Made by a program: the position numbers and the translations under genes
Shown: piece by piece, positions 18,001 through 55,662 of the stretch
How positions within the stretch are numbered: position 1 is the first letter of the stretch
How the letters are laid out: each line of letters begins with the position of its first letter
NCBI GenBank assembly: GCA_002269645.1
Contig: NIVC01000426.1
Location: forward strand, 1-64,000
Direction: 5' to 3'
DNA: 64,000 nucleotides
DNA from: Macrostomum lignano
Taxonomy: Eukaryota
Notes under the pieces: model-generated
Database searches by the model: none
Seen by the model: only the letters and a program-made list of their open reading frames with translations
What the model was told of the DNA's origin: nothing

Positions 18001-18752
18001 AGCAGAAATGCAGGTCCACAAAATCCAATTCCAATGTCAGTAGCGCCCTTTTCTACTTCGCTCTTCTTAAGCTTCAAGCTTGGCTTTTACTGTCTGGTTG
18101 TCAGGCGCAGTTAGCAGGGTGAGGGGAGGGGGGGTTAGCGGTGAGCCCAGAGCGGAGTGAGCAAGTGCAAGGGCCTTACTCAGTGCAAAGTGCTCACCCC
18201 ATACCGAGGCGAGCCGAGAACTCGAATTTATGGCGAATTATGCCGCCTCCAATGAGAGGGGTTTTGCGTCAAAGAAGGCAGATTCTGTAGGAATCTTTTG
18301 TCAGTCTGTGTGAAACAATCTGAGTCTGAGAGGGACAGAGACAGCCAGATAGAGATGGAGGTTAATATACTCAACGTGCGGCGCAGATGCACCTCTGCAA
18401 GGTGAGCTATTCGTACCGTAACGCTGGGTAAGCGAGGTGCAAATTAGCTTTGCCTTATGCCTTATGCAAGCCGTAATATCGTCTGAAGGGTCTCTCAATT
18501 ATACGAGTTGAACAGAAATTTCCGGTTGCAACTGGATTTGCTTGATGAAATTATTGCTAAGCTTGGTTCAATGTCGTAGTCGAACACTATTAAGCTGCCG
18601 AGGTGTTAAAAGGCGAATTAAGACAGGGTTTTCTGAACTGATAAGAATCACAACAACGAGCGAGGTTTCTGTGTGTTTTCTCAAGTGTATTTCTTTAATC
18701 CCTTACAAAGTAGCGAAAGGCCTTCGTTTCTCTGTCAAGTATATTTTACGTT

Positions 18753-19627
18753 AATTCACAAGTTTCTCTAGTCAATTCACAAGTTTCCCTAGTCGATTCA
18801 CAAGTTTCTTTAGTTGATTCACAAGTTTCTCTAGTCAATTCACAATTTTCCCTAGTCGATTCACAAGTTTCCCTAGTTGGTTGACATATTTCTCTAGTCG
18901 ATTCACAAGTTTGCCAAGCTGATTCACAAGTTTTCCTAGTTGATTCACAAGTCTCCCTAGTTGATTCACAAGTTTCCCTAGTTGATTCACAAGTCTCCCT
19001 AGTTGATTCACAAGTCTCCCTAGTTGATTCACAAGTTTCCCTAGTTGATTCACAAGTTTCCCTAGTTCGTTGACATATTTCTCTAGTCGATTCACAAGTT
19101 TGCCAAGCTGATTTACAAGTTTTCCTAGTTGATTCACAAGTCTACCTAGTTGATTCACAAGTTTCCCTAGTTGATTCACAAGTCTCCCTAGTTGATTCAC
19201 AAGTTTGCCAAATTGTTTGACACATTTCTCTAATCGATTCACAAGTTTCCCTAGTTGATTCACAAGTTTCCCTAGTTGGTTGACACATTTCTCTAGTCGA
19301 TTCACAAGTTTGCCAAGCTGATTCACAAGTTTCCCTAGTTCATTTACAAGTTTCCCTAGTTGATTCACAAGTCTCTCTAGTTGATTCACAAGTTTCCCTA
19401 GTTGATTCACAAGTCTACCTAGTTGATTCACAAGTTTCCCTAGTTGATTCACAAGTTTTCCTAGTTGGTTGACACATTTCTCTAGTCGATCCACAAGTTT
19501 CCCTAGTTGATTCACAAGTTTCCCTAGCTGATTCACAAGTTTCCCTAGTTGATTCACAAGTCTACCTAGTTAATTCACAAGTTTCCCTAGTTGATTCACA
19601 AGTCTCCCTAGTTAATTCACAAGTTTC
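18753..19627. repeat. 21 bp minisatellite TTGATTCACAAGTTTCCCTAG
   Basis: About 40 copies downstream of the ENPP stop codon. Confidence 0.95.
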
Positions 19628-19770
19628 CCGTTCATTGGTCTTGTACACTTTGGTGTTGAATTGATTGATAATAACATTAGAAAAGCATATTAAATCAAAA
19701 TTGCAATGCATTGGTTATGATTCAGTCAGATAGGCAAAGCCTAGAAGGCATTGGTTTGAAGCCAATTTGA

Positions 19771-23344
<3,574 letters not shown>

Positions 23345-23789
23345 CTCAGTCAGTCTTTCGGTGAATAAAAGAGAGTCTAGCAAGATTTGAACAAAACTGG
23401 CTCGGTGGGAATTGCCCCAGCCCTGCTTTGGGCCATTTTATATCCATAGCACCCCCTGTGCAGCTGGCGGCATTGGGCCTTGAATTGGTCCGGCAGCAAC
23501 CACCCCAACATAAGCCGGCCCAGCATTTCAAGCTGCGTTACCTTGGCAACAGTAAGCATAACATAGCTCTGTTTCGTAAATAGAAGCATTTAGCATTAAG
23601 TTGTAACAGTTTTCGCTATAAATGCAATACAAAATACTTGAGGTCTTAACTTAAACAGTGTGGCACTGAAGTATTGAATTATGGCCCCAGTGATAAGAGA
23701 GCGCGGGGTCTATGTATCCGACCGTGGCGCCCCGCAAAAAAACCGTGACCGTGACCCTGCATCTAAAACCATGGTGCCCCCATGACGCC

Positions 23790-24196
23790 CTTCTAAAACC
23801 GTGGCGCCCCTATGACGCTCAACTTAAAACGGCAGCGTCCTCATGGTGTCTTACCTAAAACTATGGCGCCCCCATGCTGCTCCCATCTAAAACCGTGGCG
23901 CCCCCATCTTAAACCATGGCGCCCCCATGGCGCCCCCATTTAAATCCATGGCGCCCCCCCCATTTAAACCCGTAGTACCCCATGGCGCCCCATCTAAAAC
24001 CGTGGCGCCCCCGTGGAGTCCCCATTTAAAACCGTGGCGCCCCCGTGGAGTCCCTATTTAATTCCGTGGCGCCCCCACGGCGTCCCCATATAAAACCGTG
24101 GCGCCCCCACGGCGTCCCCATCTAAAACCGTGGCGCCCCCACGGCGTCCCCATCTAAAACCGAGGCACCCCCACGGCGTCCCCATCTAAAACCGTG
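23790..24196. repeat. ~33 bp hairpin-containing minisatellite TAAAACCGTGGCGCCCCCACGGCGTCCCCATC
   Basis: Degenerate tandem copies between the divergent ENPP and EGF-LamG genes. Confidence 0.85.
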
Positions 24197-24649
24197 TTTA
24201 AGCATCGGCCCAAGTCTAAAAAAGCCTTGCACAAGTGAACGTCTAAAGATTCAACGGAAAACTTCAAAATTTAAAAGTGCAACCTAGCGACAGTTTTCAA
24301 ACAATGACCACAGCTGGGGGATGCTGGCACGGTTTGCCTTATCAGTACTTACAAGGCGTTGAAATTATTTAAGATAAGATTACACTGCCCGAGGCCCCTG
24401 TGCTTGAGTGGCCGCGCTTCTATCTGAAAAGAAACATTGAATTCTAGCAAGTGTAGCCGACAGTGAACAATTTGTCATTGTGTTCCAGCTGATAAGGGAG
24501 GCCGCTTTGAGCAGTAATAATTTAGTTTCAACGTTTTCAACGTTTCTTTGACATCCGCTACCATAAACCGGAGCGCAGGTTTGCGCAATGAAGAAGATTC
24601 GTTTAGGTGTTACCGGTATAATCTCAGTAGCATTCGTGTTTCACTTCGA

Positions 24650-25585
24650 TTCACAGAGATTCTCCCTCGAGATTCGCCTTGAAAAATTTGCTCCTAAGAG
24701 ATTCGCCCTCGAGATTTTAGCATGAGATTCCTCTCTAAGATTCGCTCCTGGAATTCACTACCAAAATATTCACTCCTCAAGAGATTTGCCCCAGAGATTC
24801 GCTGCTGAGATTCGCCCTTGAGATTCGCTCCTGAGATTCGCCCCTGAAATCACTCCTAAGATTCGCCCTTGAGATTCGCCCTTTAAATTCGCCCCTGAGA
24901 TTCGCCCCTGAGATTCACCCTTGAGATTCGCCCCTGAGATTCGCCCCTGAGATTCGCCCCTGAGATTCATCCTTGAGATTCACCCTTGAGATTCGCTCCT
25001 CTAGAGATTTGCCCTTGAAATTCGCCTCTGAGATTCTCTCCTCTAGAGATTCGCCCTTGAGATTCGCCCCTAAGATTCTCCCCTGAGATTCGCCCCTGAG
25101 ATTCTCCCCTGAGATTTGCCCTGAGATTCGCCCTGAGATTCGCCCCTAAGATTCGCCCCTGAGATTCGCTCCTCTAGAGATTCGCCCTTGAGATTCGCCC
25201 CTGAGATTCGCCCCTGAGATCACTACTGAGATTCGCCGCTGAGATTCGCCACAGAGATTCGCCCTTGAGATTCGCCCCTGAAGATTCGCCCTGAAGATTC
25301 TCCCTGAAGATTCACCCTGAAGATTCGCCCTGAAGATTCGCCCTAAAGATTCGCCCCTGAAGATTCGTCCCTGAGATTCGCCCTGTAGATTCGCCCTGAA
25401 GATTCGCCCTGAAGATTCGCCCCTGAAGATTCGTCCCTGAGATTCGCCCTGTAGATTCGCCCTAAAGATTCGCCCCTGAAGATTCGTCCCTGAGATTCGC
25501 CCTGTAGATTCGCCCTGAAGATTCGCCCCTGAAGATTCGCCCTGAAGATTCGCCCTGAAGATTCGCCCTGAAGATTCGCCCTGGA
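24650..25585. repeat. 12-14 bp minisatellite GAGATTCGCCCCT
   Basis: Dozens of copies upstream of the EGF-LamG ATG. Confidence 0.93.
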
Positions 25586-25926
25586 GATTAGCCTTACTAA
25601 GAAGTTTGCCTATCCAGAGACTCGCCCCTGAGATGCTACTCGGCTTCCTACGCGCGCAGTAGGGTGTAGCAGATATTTCGTGCAATTCAAAGTTCGCAGC
25701 ATTTCTTAGAAGAGGGGTTTAGCGAGGACGCCACTGATTGGCCAGGCCTTGGAGCTGCTATGATGGAATTCGCCCCCACACCGGCCAATCCTCGCTAACA
25801 AATGCACTGATCCCAAAGCTTTTTTCTTGCCAGTTCATCTCTCTTTCTGGGACGCTGCCGTAAAAAGCTTTTTAGTCCTCTAGAAGACAATAGTTGCGTG
25901 CCAGCTCTGAAACTCCAAGATTTGCA

Positions 25927-46808
<20,882 letters not shown>

Positions 46809-47349
46809 CCAAACAGATCTGCTTGAGCTTCAACTGCAGCCGAGAGCGCCTCGTGAAGAATTGAATTGCGTTTTTTTCATATTTCATATTTTGGTTATGC
46901 TAATGCAATTTTATACATTAATTAATATTCCCACTGATGGAAACTGCTTCTGCTAGTTTATGAATTTAAGAACCCTCTGTTCAGTAGCAATTCATGTTTA
47001 GTCCATATGTTAGTCTTGAATATTAAGCTTAACGTATGTCCATGTTCCATATTTATGAATTTCAACATTTAAATGTACTGCTCTCAATAACTCTTCACGC
47101 ATAGTACACCTTTTCAAGTTCAATTTTGATCAAAGTCCAGTTCTAAAACAACTAGCGGAAATTCAGTTCAGACTGAGGATAATTTTGTCTATGGCTAAAC
47201 CTTACTTCGGTTAGAATGTTTTGAGCTGGGGTTAGACTGGGCCCCAGTCTAAATTGTCTGAATTGAATTTCCGCTAGTTGTTTTGGAACTGGGCTTTGAT
47301 CAGGATTGAACGTAAAAAGTTGTAGAAACTTATTAATCACTCGACACAC

Positions 47350-48275
47350 CGGAAATGCCACTAATCCATCTCCCAACACATCGAAAATGCCACTAATCCA
47401 TCTCCCAACAAACGGAAATGCCACTAATCCAACTCCCAACAAACGGAAATGACGCTAATCCATCCCAAAACACACTGAAAATGCCGCTAATCCATCTCCC
47501 AAACCACCGAAAATGCCGCTAATCCATCTCCCAAACCACCGAAAATGCCGCTAATCCATCTCCCAAAACACCGGAAGTGCCGCTAATCCATCTCCCAAAA
47601 CACCGGAAGTGCCGCTAATTCATCTCCCAAAACACCGGAAGTGCCGCTAATCCATCCCAAAACACACCGGAAATGCCGCTAATTCATCTCCCAAAACACC
47701 GGAAGTGCCGCTAATCCATCTTCCAAAACACTGGAAGTGCCGCTAATCCATCTTCAAACACACCGGAAATGCGGCTAATCCATCCCAAAACACTCCGGAA
47801 ATGCCGCTTATCCATCTCCCAAAACACCGGAAGTGCCGCTAATCCATCTCCCAAAACATCGGAAGTGCCGCTAATCCATCTCCCAAAACACCGGAAGTGC
47901 CGCTAATCCATCCCAAAACACATCGGAAATGCCGCTAATCCATCTTCAAACACCGGAAATGCGGCTAATCCATCCCAAAACACACCGGAAATGCCGCTAA
48001 TCCATCTTCAAACACCGGAAATGCGGCTAATCCATCCCAAAACACACCGGAAATGCCGCTAATTCATCTCCCAAAACACCGGAAGTGCCGCTAATCCATC
48101 CCAAAACACACCGGAAATGCCGCTAATTCATCTCCCAAAACACCGGAAGTGCCGCTAATCCATCCCAAAACACACCGGAAATGCCGCTAATCCATCTTCA
48201 AACACCGGAAATGCGGCTAATCCATCCCAAAACACACCGGAAATGCCGCTAATCCATCTCCCAAAACACCGGAAA
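47350..48275. repeat. ~31 bp minisatellite CTAATCCATCTCCCAAAACACCGGAAGTGCCG
   Basis: About 29 copies between the EGF-LamG and POP7 3' ends. Confidence 0.93.
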
Positions 48276-48999
48276 CGCAGCGGCATATGATTTGCATATT
48301 AATAAAAAATTGCATACGAATACAGCGCCAAGTCACTAAATTAACATTTGTCTTTCATTTTTGCCGCAAAAAGCAGTTGTTTGCCGCTGCATCACTAATA
48401 ATACGCGTACTCTGTTATAAGCATAATTATGATTTATCTCGTATAAACCACCACGTGTGCTGCTATTTGCATGTGGAAAGGATCAAAAACTTATTATTTC
48501 ACAGGTACAGTATGATGAGCATTGTGCATGCATGAGTACAATTATAAATTAATAAACGCATAGGAATTAAGCGCCGAAGTTAAAATATTGAAGAATATGG
48601 GCAATAACAAATTGCCACGTTTCTCCATTTTTATTTGACAGCAATTTATGACAGTATATATATGTTTACTCAAGTTACATATATACTGATATATCTGCAT
48701 TAGTTTACGCCAATATTTATTAGTGCATGTGCACTTTTGAGACAAATAAATTATAGGAAGCCGCGACCACCTGCCCGCCTCCAATAAATACATAATCGAG
48801 GGCAAAAATCAGAGTTAATGACAACTGGAATAAAAAGTTAATAGAAGACCAAAATAACTAATTTGTTTGAATAAGCGATGTCGCTGGACATTTGTTATAA
48901 CCAGCAGGGGTAAATAAGTTGAAAATTATAAAAGAAAACAAATCCTTTGTTACTGAAACTGCATAAATTTATTGTCATAAATATATATAAGAGTACCAT

Positions 49000-49530
49000 A
49001 TCTTTGACACCTGTCCCCTTATCTTTGACACCTGTCCCCTTATCTTTGACACCTGTCCCCTTATCTTTGACACCTGTCCCCTTATCTTTGATACCTATCC
49101 CCTTATCTTTGACACCTGTCCCCTTATCTTTCACACCTGTCCCCTTATCTTTGACACTTGTCCCCTTATCTTTGACACCTGTCCCCTTATCTTTGACACC
49201 TGTCCCCTTATCTTTGACACCTGTCCCCTTATCTTTGACACTTGTCCCCTTATCTTTGATACCTGTCCCCTTATCTTTGACACCTGTCCCCTTGTCTTTG
49301 ACACCTGTCCCCTTATCTTTGACACCTGTCCCCTTATCTTTGACACCTGTCCCCTTATCTTTGACACCTGTCCCCTTATCTTTGACACCTGTCCCCTTAT
49401 CTTTGACACTTGTCCCCTTATCTTTGATACCTGTCCCTATATCTTTCACACCTGTCCCTATATCTTTCACAGCTGTCCCTATATCTTTCACAGCTGTCCC
49501 TATATCTTTCACAGCTGTCCCCTTATCTTT
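49000..49530. repeat. 21 bp minisatellite TTTGACACCTGTCCCCTTATC
   Basis: About 25 copies. Confidence 0.95.
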
Positions 49531-49715
49531 CCCGCATTTTCAATGACGGACTAATCGTTTACAGTAGATAGGAAGCTAACCTATAATATAGTATTTAGAA
49601 AGCATTACTAATAGTAATTAAGAATTGACTGAATAAAAACATAGCCAACAACAAGGCGGAGAGCTGAAGTATTACACTGTTAATTTAATTAATCGGTATG
49701 ATTAATATTATTGAA

Positions 49716-50201
49716 TCAACCAGAAGTGGCGGCCGCGGTCCCGCTAGCACTAGCCGCCGACGGCTTAGCCTCCAGCCGGATGTGCAAAGCAGATTTCAGT
49801 CGCTGCCGCTGCTGCTGCCCCTGGGCGTCCTCATTCAGCTCGTGCAGCAGTCGGTCTGTACAAGCTACGGTGGAGGTGTACACAGCCGGCTGGCTGGTCA
49901 GCTCATCGGCCAGCTGCAGGGCCAGATTGGCCGCTCTGGGCACAGCGGCGCCGAGCCCGTGCACCCAGCACAGGTGAGGCGGCCGGCGGAGCAGCCTGCG
50001 GCAGCGCAGCAGCTGGGCTGGGAAGTTGGTTCGCTTAGTCACGTAGACATCGAATCCGCGCTGCGGCAGGCGGGGAGGCAGGCAGGAGATCAGGCGGGAC
50101 TCCTCGGCGTCCATTAGGTCGGCTAGGGGATTCTCTTTGGCCGCGGCGGCTGCGGCGTCGGGAGTCGGCGAGGTGGCGACGGGCTTGGCTGATGAGCTCA
50201 T
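49716..50201 (-). CDS. POP7: RNase P/MRP subunit p20 (Rpp20, Alba-like), intronless
   Basis: LPPRLPQRGFDVYVTKRTNFPAQLLRC..VHGLGAAVPRAANLALQL..TSTV..DRL..KSALHIRL matches the Rpp20 pattern (LPSRLPRRPNDIYVNMKTDFKAQLARC..IHGLGLAINRAINIALQL..NTSTV..NSAIHIRV). First ATG is at 50201. Confidence 0.88.
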   Translation of the reverse strand: MSSSAKPVATSPTPDAAAAAAKENPLADLMDAEESRLISCLPPRLPQRGFDVYVTKRTNFPAQLLRCRRLLRRPPHLCWVHGLGAAVPRAANLALQLADELTSQPAVYTSTVACTDRLLHELNEDAQGQQQRQRLKSALHIRLEAKPSAASASGTAAATSG

Positions 50202-50308
50202 GCCGAGTGCAACGATTCTAAGAGTTGATGGATTGATTATCACTGGGGATCAATGGAGATTATTTGGAACTGTTTATGATTTTCGGTAGACACTCGGGAC
50301 ACCAGAAT

Positions 50309-51404
50309 TCACAGGGTGCCTCTTGGAAGACTGAACGATAGGCGATCGCCAAGCTCGCCCCAGGTGGGCCGGTACACCTGCGGGGGTTGCGACGGAGAGT
50401 GCGGGTGGTTTAAGAAATTCTGCAATAGATCAGAGAGCAAGAGATTAGATTAGGGGGAGAGATCAGAGAGCAAGAGATTAGATTAAGGCGAGAGATCAGA
50501 GAGCAAGAGATTATATTAAGGCGAGAGATCAGAGAGCAAGAGATTATATTAAGGCGAGAGATCAGAGAGCAAGAGATTATATTAAGGCGAGAGATCAGAG
50601 AGCAAGAGATTATATTAAGGCGAGAGATCAGAGAGCAAGAGATTAGATTAAGGCGAGAGATCAGAGAGCAAGAGATTAGATTAAGGCGAGAGATCAGAGA
50701 GCAAGAGATTATATTAAGGCGAGAGATCAGAGAGCAAGAGATTAGATTAAGGCGAGAGATCAGAGAGCAAGAGATTATATTAAGGCGAGAGATCAGAGAG
50801 CAAGAGATTATATTAAGGCGAGAGATCAGAGAGCAAGAGATTATATTAAGGCGAGAGATCAGAGAGCAAGAGATTAGATTAAGGCGAGAGATCAGAGAGC
50901 AAGAGATTAGATTAGCGAGAGAGATCAGAGATCAGAGAGCACGAGATTAGATTAGCGAGAGAGATCAGAGATAACGAGATTAGATTAGCGAGAGAGATCA
51001 GAGATCAGAGAGCACGAGATTAGATTAGCGAGAGAGATTAAACCAAGGGAGAGATCAGACATCAAGCTATAGACTGGGCAGTGGTTACTAAAGGAAAGAT
51101 CAAATAGAATAAGAGACCAATGGTATATATAAAGCTATCAAATAGACTAAAAAAGCATTGCACACACCTGATACACGCAGAACCAGGTAAGCAGTGCCAC
51201 AGTCCAGATGGCGCTGCCAATGCCGCTAATAATAACCAGACGCCGGATCTGCGCCTGTTCCGGATAGGCCGGCGCTAGGAAGGCCTCGCGAAAAAACCAA
51301 GCAAAGTTGGTTAGCCAAAGGAATGGCAATAGGAATGCGCCGCCGATAGTGTATTTGCGACAGATGTTGAGCTTGTCAGCACCGCTAGACTTAGATAGAT
51401 CCAT
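50309..51404 (-). CDS. PSENEN: Gamma-secretase subunit PEN-2, 101 aa
   Basis: Exons 51404-51168 and 50377-50309 give MDLSKSSGADKLNICRKYTIGGAFLLPFLWLTNFAWFFREAF..YQ|VYRPTWGELGDRLSFSLPRGTL*, colinear with PEN-2. Confidence 0.95.
50420..51060. repeat. 33 bp minisatellite filling the PSENEN intron
   Basis: GATCAGAGAGCAAGAGATTATATTAAGGCGAGA tandem copies. Confidence 0.93.
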
Positions 51405-51433
51405 GCGCCAGCGGGAGTGTCGGCGCCGGCGGC

Positions 51434-54400
51434 TTAGGGGCGATGCCCATGGATGTTTAGGGGCGATGCTCATGGATGCTTAGGTGGGCGATGCTCATGG
51501 ATGCTTAGGGGCGATTCTCATGGATGTTTAGGTGGGCGATGCTCATGGATGCTTAGGGGCGATGCCCATGGATGTTTAGGGGCGATGCTCATGGATGTTT
51601 AGGTGGGCGATGCTCATGGATGCTTAGGTGGGCGATGCTCATGGATGCTTAGGGGCGATGCTCATGGATGCTTAGGTGGGCGATGCTCATGGATGCTTAG
51701 GTGGGCGATGCTCATGGATGCTTAGGGGCGATGCTCATGGATGCTTAGGTGGGCGATGCTCATGGATGCTTAGGTGGGCGATGCTCATGGATGCTTAGGG
51801 GCGATTCTCATGGATGTTTAGGTGGGCGATGCTCATGGATGCTTAGGTGGGCGATGCTCATGGATGCTTAGGTGGGCGATGCTCATGGATGCTTAGGTGG
51901 GCGATGCTCATGGATGCTTAGGTGGGCGATGCTCATGGATGCTTAGGTGGGCGATGCTCATGGATGCTTAGGGGCGATTCTCATGGATGTTTAGGTGGGC
52001 GATGCTCATGGATGCTTAGGTGGGCGATGCTCATGGATGCTTAGGTGGGCGATGCTCATGGATGCTTAGGTGGGCGATGCTCATGGATGCTTAGGTGGGC
52101 GATGCTCATGGATGCTTAGGTGGGCGATGCTCATGGATGCTTAGGTGGGCGATTCTCATGGATGCTTAGGTGGGCGATGCTCATGGATGCTTAGGTGGGC
52201 GATGCTCATGGATGCTTAGGTGGGCGATGCTCATGGATGCTTAGGTGGGCGATGCTCATGGATGCTTAGGTGGGCGATGCTCATGGATGCTTAGGTGGGC
52301 GATGCTCATGGATGCTTAGGTGGGCGATGCTCATGGATGCTTAGGTGGGCGATGCTCATGGATGCTTAGGGGCGATTCTCATGGATGTTTAGGTGGGCGA
52401 TGCTCATGGATGCTTAGGTGGGCGATGCTCATGGATGCTTAGGTGGGCGATGCTCATGGATGCTTAGGTGGGCGATGCTCATGGATGCTTAGGGGCGATT
52501 CTCATGGATGTTTAGGTGGGCGATGCTCATGGATGCTTAGGTGGGCGATGCTCATGGATGCTTAGGTGGGCGATGCTCATGGATGCTTAGGTGGGCGATG
52601 CTCATGGATGCTTAGGTGGGCGATGCTCATGGATGCTTAGGTGGGCGATGCTCATGGATGCTTAGGTGGGCGATGCTCATGGATGCTTAGGTGGGCGATG
52701 CTCATGGATGCTTAGGGGCGATTCTCATGGATGTTTAGGTGGGCGATGCTCATGGATGCTTAGGTGGGCGATGCTCATGGATGCTTAGGGGCGATTCTCA
52801 TGGATGTTTAGGTGGGCGATGCTCATGGATGCTTAGGTGGGCGATGCTCATGGATGCTTAGGTGGGCGATGCTCATGGATGCTTAGGTGGGCGATGCTCA
52901 TGGATGCTTAGGGGCGATTCTCATGGATGTTTAGGTGGGCGATGCTCATGGATGCTTAGGTGGGCGATGCTCATGGATGCTTAGGTGGGCGATGCCCATG
53001 GATGTTTAGGGGCGATGCTCATGGATGCTTAGGTGGGCGATGCTCATGGATGCTTAGGGGCGATGCTCATGGATGCTTAGGTGCGATTCTCATGGATGCT
53101 TAGGGGCGATTCTCATGGATGTTTAGGTGGGCGATGCTCATGGATGCTTAGGTGGGCGATGCTCATGGATGCTTAGGTGGGCGATGCTCATGGATGCTTA
53201 GGTGGGCGATGCTCATGGATGCTTAGGGGCGATTCTCATGGATGTTTAGGTGGGCGATGCTCATGGATGCTTAGGTGGGCGATGCTCATGGATGCTTAGG
53301 TGGGCGATGCCCATGGATGTTTAGGGGCGATGCTCATGGATGCTTAGGTGGGCGATGCTCATGGATGCTTAGGGGCGATTCTCATGGATGTTTAGGTGGG
53401 CGATGCTCATGGATGCTTAGGTGGGCGATGCTCATGGATGCTTAGGTGGGCGATGCCCATGGATGTTTAGGGGCGATGCTCATGGATGCTTAGGTGGGCG
53501 ATGCCCATGGATGCTTAGGGGCGATTCTCATGGATGTTTAGGTGGGCGATGCTCATGGATGCTTAGGTGGGCGATGCTCATGGATGCTTAGGTGGGCGAT
53601 GCTCATGGATGCTTAGGTGGGCGATGCTCATGGATGCTTAGGGGCGATTCTCATGGATGTTTAGGTGGGCGATGCTCATGGATGCTTAGGTGGGCGATGC
53701 TCATGGATGCTTAGGTGGGCGATGCTCATGGATGCTTAGGTGGGCGATGCTCATGGATGCTTAGGGGCGATTCTCATGGATGTTTAGGTGGGCGATGCTC
53801 ATGGATGCTTAGGTGGGCGATGCTCATGGATGCTTAGGTGGGCGATGCTCATGGATGCTTAGGGGCAATTCTCATGGATGTTTAGGTGGGCGATGCTCAT
53901 GGATGCTTAGGTGGGCGATGCTCATGGATGCTTAGGTGGGCGATGCTCATGGATGCTTACGTGGGCGATGCTCATGGATGCTTAGGTGGGCGATGCTCAT
54001 GGATGCTTAGGTGGGCGATGCTCATGGATGCTTAGGTGGGCGATTCTCATGGATGCTTAGGTGGGCGATGCTCATGGATGCTTAGGTGGGCGATGCTCAT
54101 GGATGCTTAGGGGCGATTCTCATGGATGTTTAGGTGGGCGATGCTCATGGATGCTTAGGTGGGCGATGCTCATGGATGCTTAGGTGGGCGATGCTCATGG
54201 ATGCTTAGGTGGGCGATGCTCATGGATGCTTAGGTGGGCGATGCTCATGGATGCTTAGGTGGGCGATGCTCATGGATGCTTAGGTGGGCGATGCTCATGG
54301 ATGCTTAGGTGGGCGATTCTCATGGATGCTTAGGTGGGCGATGCTCATGGATGCTTAGGTGGGCGATGCTCATGGATGCTTAGGTGGGCGATGCTCATGG

Positions 54401-55662
54401 ATGCTTAGGTGGGCGATGCTCATGGATGCTTAGGTGGGCGATGCTCATGGATGCTTAGGTGGGCGATGCTCATGGATGCTTAGGTGGGCGATGCTCATGG
54501 ATGCTTAGGTGGGCGATGCTCATGGATGCTTAGGTGGGCGATGCTCATGGATGCTTAGGTGGGCGATGCTCATGGATGCTTAGGTGGGCGATGCTCATGG
54601 ATGCTTAGGTGGGCGATGCTCATGGATGCTTAGGTGGGCGATGCTCATGGATGCTTAGGTGGGCGATGCTCATGGATGCTTAGGTGGGCGATGCTCATGG
54701 ATGCTTAGGTGGGCGATTCTCATGGATGCTTAGGTGGGCGATGCTCATGGATGCTTAGGTGGGCGATGCTCATGGATGCTTAGGTGGGCGATGCTCATGG
54801 ATGCTTAGGTGGGCGATGCTCATGGATGCTTAGGTGGGCGATGCTCATGGATGCTTAGGTGGGCGATGCTCATGGATGCTTAGGTGGGCGATGCTCATGG
54901 ATGCTTAGGTGGGCGATGCTCATGGATGCTTAGGTGGGCGATGCTCATGGATGCTTAGGTGGGCGATTCTCATGGATGCTTAGGTGGGCGATTCTCATGG
55001 ATGTTTAGGTGGGCGATGCTCATGGATGCTTAGGTGGGCGATGCTCATGGATGCTTAGGTGGGCGATGCTCATGGATGCTTAGGTGGGCGATGCTCATGG
55101 ATGCTTAGGTGGGCGATGCTCATGGATGCTTAGGTGGGCGATTCTCATGGATGCTTAGGTGGGCGATGCCCATGGATGTTTAGGTGGGCGATTCTCATGG
55201 ATGTTTAGGGGCGATGCTCATGGATGTTTAGGTGGGCGATTCTCATGGAGTGATTCTCACGGACGTTTCGGGGCGATTCTCACGAATGTTTCGGGGCGAT
55301 TCTCACGAATGTTTCGGGGCGATGCTCATGGGTGTTTCAGGGCGATGCTCATGGGTGTTTAGGGGCGATGCTCATGGGTGTTTAGGTGGGCGATTCTCAT
55401 GGAGTGATTCTCACGGACGTTTCGGGGCGATTCTCACGGACGTTTCGGGGCGATTCTCACGAATGTTTCGGGGCGATTCTCACGGATGTTTCAGGGCGAT
55501 GCTCATGGGTGTTTAGGGGCGATGCTCATGGGTGTTTAGGGGCGATGCTCATGGGTGTTTAGGGGCGATGCTCATGGGTGTTTAGGGGCGATGCTCATGG
55601 GTGTTTAGGTGGACGATGCTCACGGATGTTTAGGGTGATTTTCATGGATGTTTAGGGGCGAT
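51434..55662. repeat. 4.2 kb, 24-25 bp minisatellite GATGCTCATGGATGCTTAGGTGGGC
   Basis: Roughly 170 copies between RPL13A and PSENEN. Confidence 0.97.

Noticed and set aside
18835-19557. 240-aa heptad ORF (NQLGKLV)n that looks like a coiled coil
   Set aside because: It is the translation of a 21-bp minisatellite downstream of the ENPP stop; no splice or start context.
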